The notes below the pieces were generated by a model. The model was not told where the DNA came from, made no database searches, and saw nothing but the letters and a program-made list of their open reading frames with translations. A stretch of DNA of 64,000 nt from Tubulanus polymorphus (taxonomy: Eukaryota > Animalia > Nemertea). The stretch lies in NCBI RefSeq assembly GCF_964204645.1, contig NC_134035.1:5146001-5210000 (forward strand). Reading direction: 5' to 3'. Positions 59,801 through 64,000 of the stretch are shown here, piece after piece (within the stretch, counting starts at the first letter, position 1; each line of letters starts with the position of its first letter). The translations under genes and the position numbers were made by a program.

Positions 59801-62800
59801 TCTAAAAACACGGACAAAACATTGTTATGCAACTCGGCCTGTAAATAACTCTGTCAATTCAGACTCTGATCTGAAGATGATGATGATTTCACTGATCAGT
59901 TTTGGAGAATTTTCAACATTTTATCCAATTGACTCAGGAAAACTTCTCTCAGTTCTCTCAGTCAAGACATTCAACTTCCCTTCATTCATTCTCAATCTGT
60001 GTGAAATATAACACACTATCCTGTACTGGACGGACAGTGTTTACCATTTCATTTTATTATCAGTTTTCTGAACAGTTTTTTGTCAATCTGTAATTTAGTT
60101 AGGTACCTGTTTACGTTGACTCAATTCTCTAATTGTATCTTGTTCGATGTTTGTATCCATGAGGTTACCGCGTAATTCAGCAGGAGCTTGTTGGAATCCA
60201 CGCACTTTATGAGATAAAATAAGATTTGAACGGTTTACGCTACCAGTACCCCTAATGAAATCCTTCGAACATATTCACGGAACCCCTCGCAGTCATATCC
60301 AAGGTCGCTATGACTCCTCAATTCCTTAAAATCCCCTGGCGAACGAAAAATGATCTTAAAGGTGCTTGAAACTCCTTTAATGCGAGCAAAATAACTGAAA
60401 ATCCTTTCAAACTCCTTCAATTTCGAGAAAAAGGCTATTAGAAAATTGTGTCTAGTTTTGAAGTTGTACAGTAAACTATACTTGAATCAGTACAATTGGA
60501 ATTCTTTAACCCAGGAGGTTATCGCATTAGAAAGCATTAGTTTATGTAAAATTAAGGAAGAAAATCACTGAATTAACAGTTTAGCAAAATAAACAGTACC
60601 AATTTAGGAGGAGTCTACAGTTATTGTGACATGAAAGTGACGCAGACACTTCCCCAAAATTTTCTCCTCGAAAACTGCTTATATCCAGGAATGACTGATC
60701 TGTGAGTACCCCGATATCGTTCATACCTTCTCCGTCAACGGAACAGCAGATCAACTGTGATTGTCCGTCCATACGATAATCACCGACTACAATACCGGCA
60801 ACAGCTGAACTGAAGTGATCTTTGAATATAACTTCACCGGTTCGGTCGTTACGAGCGTCAATCTACAGAAAACAAAATAAAAAATACATCGACCTAATCT
60901 CCTTAGTTTCCATGAAAAGTTACTGTCAATCCTCCATTTCAACGGTTCAATGAGTTTGTTCTCATAATTAATGCATTAGCAATCGTTAGGAGTCAAATTT
61001 ATGAAAGCCTATCATTTTTAAATGTAGTAGATTCATACATTTTACATATTTCAAAAATACAAGTAATGATAATGATAAATGGAATTTATATAGTGCAAAT
61101 ATCCATGCAAGCAAAGTTCAAATGCACTTCTCCAGGGTATCGAACTACATAGTAAGCAGGGGACAGTTTTGTTTTAATGAACACTTTGAATTAAGGCAAT
61201 GTCGTTAAGAGTGTAGTTTTCCAGAGAGTCGATGTACTGATTCCAAAGTCTGGGAGTTATTCGCTAAAAAGCTCTACTGCTGAAATTAGAAAGGCTAATA
61301 TCTTCGATATTTCACACATTGCTTTTCTCTCTTAAGAGCCAGTGGTCCCATACTAGAAAATTCACCACAAAACGATGTCTGATAATTGAGTGACAACCTT
61401 TCCATTGCTCCAGCCGGTGATCAGTTCGGGAACTCCGTCTGAATCCAGGTCGAAGCTCTGTATCGAGACGGCTTGATTTTTCGATTTGATTCTCCAGTAT
61501 CTGGCTGTGCGGTCGTACACTCCCACTGTTCCGTTCGCAAGTGCGTAACCAAACCGACTATTCTGCATCGCGCATAGAGCCGTTATACTCTGAATTCATT
61601 AAAATACACAGATTGTTTCAACATTTAAGGTAAGATTTTGACGATTAATTCACTTATACTTTCAAAACCACGCGTCATACCTCCGTCTCTGACATTTCAG
61701 CCATGATTTCGTCCTCTTTGAAAACACGTATATCAAAATCTTCCGAACCAACGATCAACTTGAAAACATGAAAATAAAACAGATAGTACCCTGGGGCTTC
61801 ATGAGACGACTAAATTTTGAGTTAAATCCTGAGAACTTGTAGCAGATTCAGTGACAATTTGGAGAAAAATTTTTTCAAAACAGTTCAACTGGTTTTAGGG
61901 CCTACCTCGTTTTGTCCGTTCCCGTTGAAGTCTAAAAGTGCAAGGGAACAAACGTTGTCACCGGTTACCGTCCAGAATGAGTCGTTACCGCTATAATCGA
62001 AACCTAGCAACGAACAGTTACCGCCGACGATCGCGAGCGGAGACTCGATCTCGCCGAGCCGACCGATCGCGATGGCATTCGCGCCATCTGGTGTCTGGAA
62101 AATTTAAAAGTTTCGATACAACGATGAAAATGATTCGTCTAATTCCAAAAGCGCATCTCTAAGGATAATCGCTGCACTTAGCAATAATTACAATCAAGGC
62201 ATTGTTCATGATAAAATATCTAAAATACAAGATACGAGATTGCAATTACTTACAAGTTTAGGGTAAAATCTTCGATAAGCGATCAAGTATATGTAGCACT
62301 AGTCAGTTACCTAATCGTAGGTGGTAAGCTTTTATAATCGGATGGAGAAAATATCCGATCGTGAAACTAAACCACAGACAGGTTATTGACTAATGTATCA
62401 ACAATAAGATTCCCAAAGTTGGATCACAAACATCTGATTCCTTTTCTGAATATCTGGGGCTGGTTGGTTAGGCCTAATAGTTAACCAGCGGATAGTTGAC
62501 ATAGTGACAATTAAAGGAGTTTCAAGCACCTTTAAAAGCATTTTCCGCGGAAAAGGTTTTTAAGGAATTGAGGAGTCATAGGGACCCTGTGGATATGAGA
62601 AGACTGACAGGGATTCCATGAATAATGTAATCAATGACCTGTCTGTAGTTAAGTTTCACAATCGGATATTTTCATGTCGGAATAAGCCCATCCAATTATG
62701 AAAGTGATAAGGTAAATAATTAGCTGGTGCCGGTACTTTACTTACATCTCTGTAAAACAGATCGGTATTATTAGCGACGTCGTAGGCCAGTAAATTCGTC

Positions 62801-63170
62801 TGCGTTCCGACCATCAGGATATCGTTATCGGATTTCGGATCGAGCGGGCCGGCGTTTATAGCGCTGACCGCCTGATTGATATTCAACAGACTGATGTCAT
62901 TATCGCTGTTTGATTCGATTCGACCTCCCGATGACTGATTACGCGTGTGCGGGTTGTGAATGAAAACCTGAGAAAGTAGAAAACGAATTTATAGAAAACC
63001 GTACGATTCATTTTGAAGATGAAACTGAGCTTTTATTGGATGTTAAATACCTTTCCAGCAGTCGTAGCACAGGTTAGACACGGGTGGACTCCATCATACT
63101 TTCCTATTGTGACCATACGTTGATTTATTTTATGATTGAGTTTTAACGTGAAGATCGGAACCAGCGGCAT
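56713..63170 (-). CDS. BBS2: Bardet-Biedl syndrome 2 protein (BBSome subunit), complete, 17 exons, 720 aa
   Basis: complement(join(56713..56813,56891..57039,57139..57251,57687..57824,58167..58295,58384..58510,58752..58859,58943..59040,59559..59615,59694..59801,60107..60204,60727..60862,61398..61589,61681..61758,61906..62094,62746..62967,63051..63170)) = 2163 nt, all GT-AG. N-terminus [66 protein letters not shown] are BBS2 signatures. Confidence 0.96.
56891..57039 (-). CDS. BBS2: BBS2 exon 16
   Basis: [16 protein letters not shown], cag/gtatca. Confidence 0.94.
57139..57251 (-). CDS. BBS2: BBS2 exon 15
   Basis: [20 protein letters not shown], cag/gtatgt. Confidence 0.94.
57687..57824 (-). 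CDS. BBS2: BBS2 exon 14
   Basis: [12 protein letters not shown], tag/gtgaat. Confidence 0.93.
57867..58026. mobile_element. Tc1/mariner-type MITE with TA TSD
   Basis: TA-CAGACAACCCCCGATATAC ... GTATATCGGGGCTTGACTG-TA. Confidence 0.7.
58167..58295 (-). CDS. BBS2: BBS2 exon 13
   Basis: WINQNFLL, cag/gtaaga. Confidence 0.93.
58384..58510 (-). CDS. BBS2: BBS2 exon 12
   Basis: [18 protein letters not shown], cag/gtacgt. Confidence 0.93.
58752..58859 (-). CDS. BBS2: BBS2 exon 11
   Basis: [16 protein letters not shown], cag/gtatct. Confidence 0.93.
58943..59040 (-). CDS. BBS2: BBS2 exon 10
   Basis: [19 protein letters not shown], cag/gtaaat. Confidence 0.93.
59559..59615 (-). CDS. BBS2: BBS2 exon 9
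   Basis: ANTQLQTTL, cag/gttagt. Confidence 0.9.
59694..59801 (-). CDS. BBS2: BBS2 exon 8
   Basis: [12 protein letters not shown]...GIIP, tag/gtgagt. Confidence 0.92.
60107..60204 (-). CDS. BBS2: BBS2 exon 7
   Basis: IRELSQRKQ, aag/gtacct. Confidence 0.92.
60727..60862 (-). CDS. BBS2: BBS2 exon 6
   Basis: [15 protein letters not shown], tag/gtatga. Confidence 0.94.
61398..61589 (-). CDS. BBS2: BBS2 exon 5
   Basis: [14 protein letters not shown]...GWSNGK, cag/gttgtc. Confidence 0.94.
61681..61758 (-). CDS. BBS2: BBS2 exon 4
   Basis: [14 protein letters not shown], aag/gtatga. Confidence 0.93.
61906..62094 (-). CDS. BBS2: BBS2 exon 3
   Basis: DGANAI...FWTVTGDNV, cag/gtaggc. Confidence 0.94.
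62746..62967 (-). CDS. BBS2: BBS2 exon 2
   Basis: VFIHNPH...LFYRD, cag/gtaagt. Confidence 0.94.
63051..63170 (-). CDS. BBS2: BBS2 coding exon 1
   Basis: ATG in CACCATG context, AAG/gtattt donor. Confidence 0.93.
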
Positions 63171-63693
63171 GGTGATCAAAATAGGTGATGAGGGACGCCG
63201 ATTGCCCTAGCGAGCAAATAAGTAGGACCGACGTGAGACAGACAGGGGATGGATTTGTTCTGTTACTTTTTTGGCTCCTGGCGACAAATGAAACTTTCGA
63301 TCATTAATCATTTCGGTTTGAATTTAAAGATCAAATAAAACTGCATCTTCTGATTATACCTACCGACTATTTCTATCCTTGATTCGATCAAAATTCGACG
63401 AAATAAACAACTTTTCTGTTTCAGAGGAATTTGCAATTTGAACTGTCAAATGTCGACCGTCCAGTGCTGCCCCTATATAGATCGTTAGCGGTAAAAGTTT
63501 GAACTAACATGTTCGTTTCCGGGCCACACAGAATTGCTACTGTGGCATGCGAGCAATGGTTCGCGCTGTCATTAATGATAATTGTATCATTCAATATAAA
63601 GATAAAATTAAGGGCATTTTCTAAATAATATTTGTCAGCTATTTCTACCGTCAAAGTAGAGGAATTTCCCATCTAAATCTTATATATCATAAC

Positions 63694-63837
63694 CCGTTAA
63701 GTGCTGCCACTTTACAGATCGTTAGCGGTGAAAGTGTGAACTATTCTGTACCTGAAAGAACATACTGTGGCATGCGAGTAATAGATTAGTTCAGACTTTT
63801 GCCGCCATCGATTTATAAAGGGGCAGCACTTGACGGT
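63694..63837. mobile_element. MITE with ~42-bp TIRs upstream of BBS2
   Basis: ccgttaagtgctgccacttta / taaaggggcagcacttgacgg; partial second copy from ~63457. Confidence 0.7.
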
Positions 63838-64000
63838 GAAGACCCTCGCTTATCAGGGTTTGATTGCCCCCCTTGGGGCGTGGTGATGATTTAGAAATTA
63901 CGACGACAAAATCTATTTGAAATAGCCCACAATTCTAAGAAGTCATTTTCGGCCAAACGTCTCGAGGATCTTTTAATAAGTCAACCAAAATGCTGGGTCT

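Overview
Animal genomic DNA, probably from a marine invertebrate (lophotrochozoan-like; taxon is inference only), with AT-rich introns and CpG-rich exons. Three spliced genes could be rebuilt by hand with GT-AG junctions and consistent reading frames. (1) Liprin-alpha/PPFIA on +: 5' part lies outside the window, 22 core exons 884..27001, then an apparent ~6 kb 3' UTR. (2) A complete LRP5/6 (arrow) Wnt co-receptor on +: 15 exons 35256..52609, 1669 aa, with four LDL-A modules instead of the usual three. (3) A complete BBS2 on -: 17 exons 63170..56713, 720 aa. Introns hold many MITE families and minisatellites. Most notable: a young TSD-flanked perfect 111-bp inverted repeat in an LRP5/6 intron whose arms each carry a minimal Penelope-type hammerhead ribozyme, with older relatives elsewhere in the window; a set of frame-preserving candidate microexons and cassette exons in liprin-alpha, including a Cys-rich and an SH3-ligand-like cassette; and a ~50-bp Pol III-box-like repeat that occurs both as tandem arrays and as MITE ends. 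No CRISPR array, rRNA or intact tRNA gene is supported.
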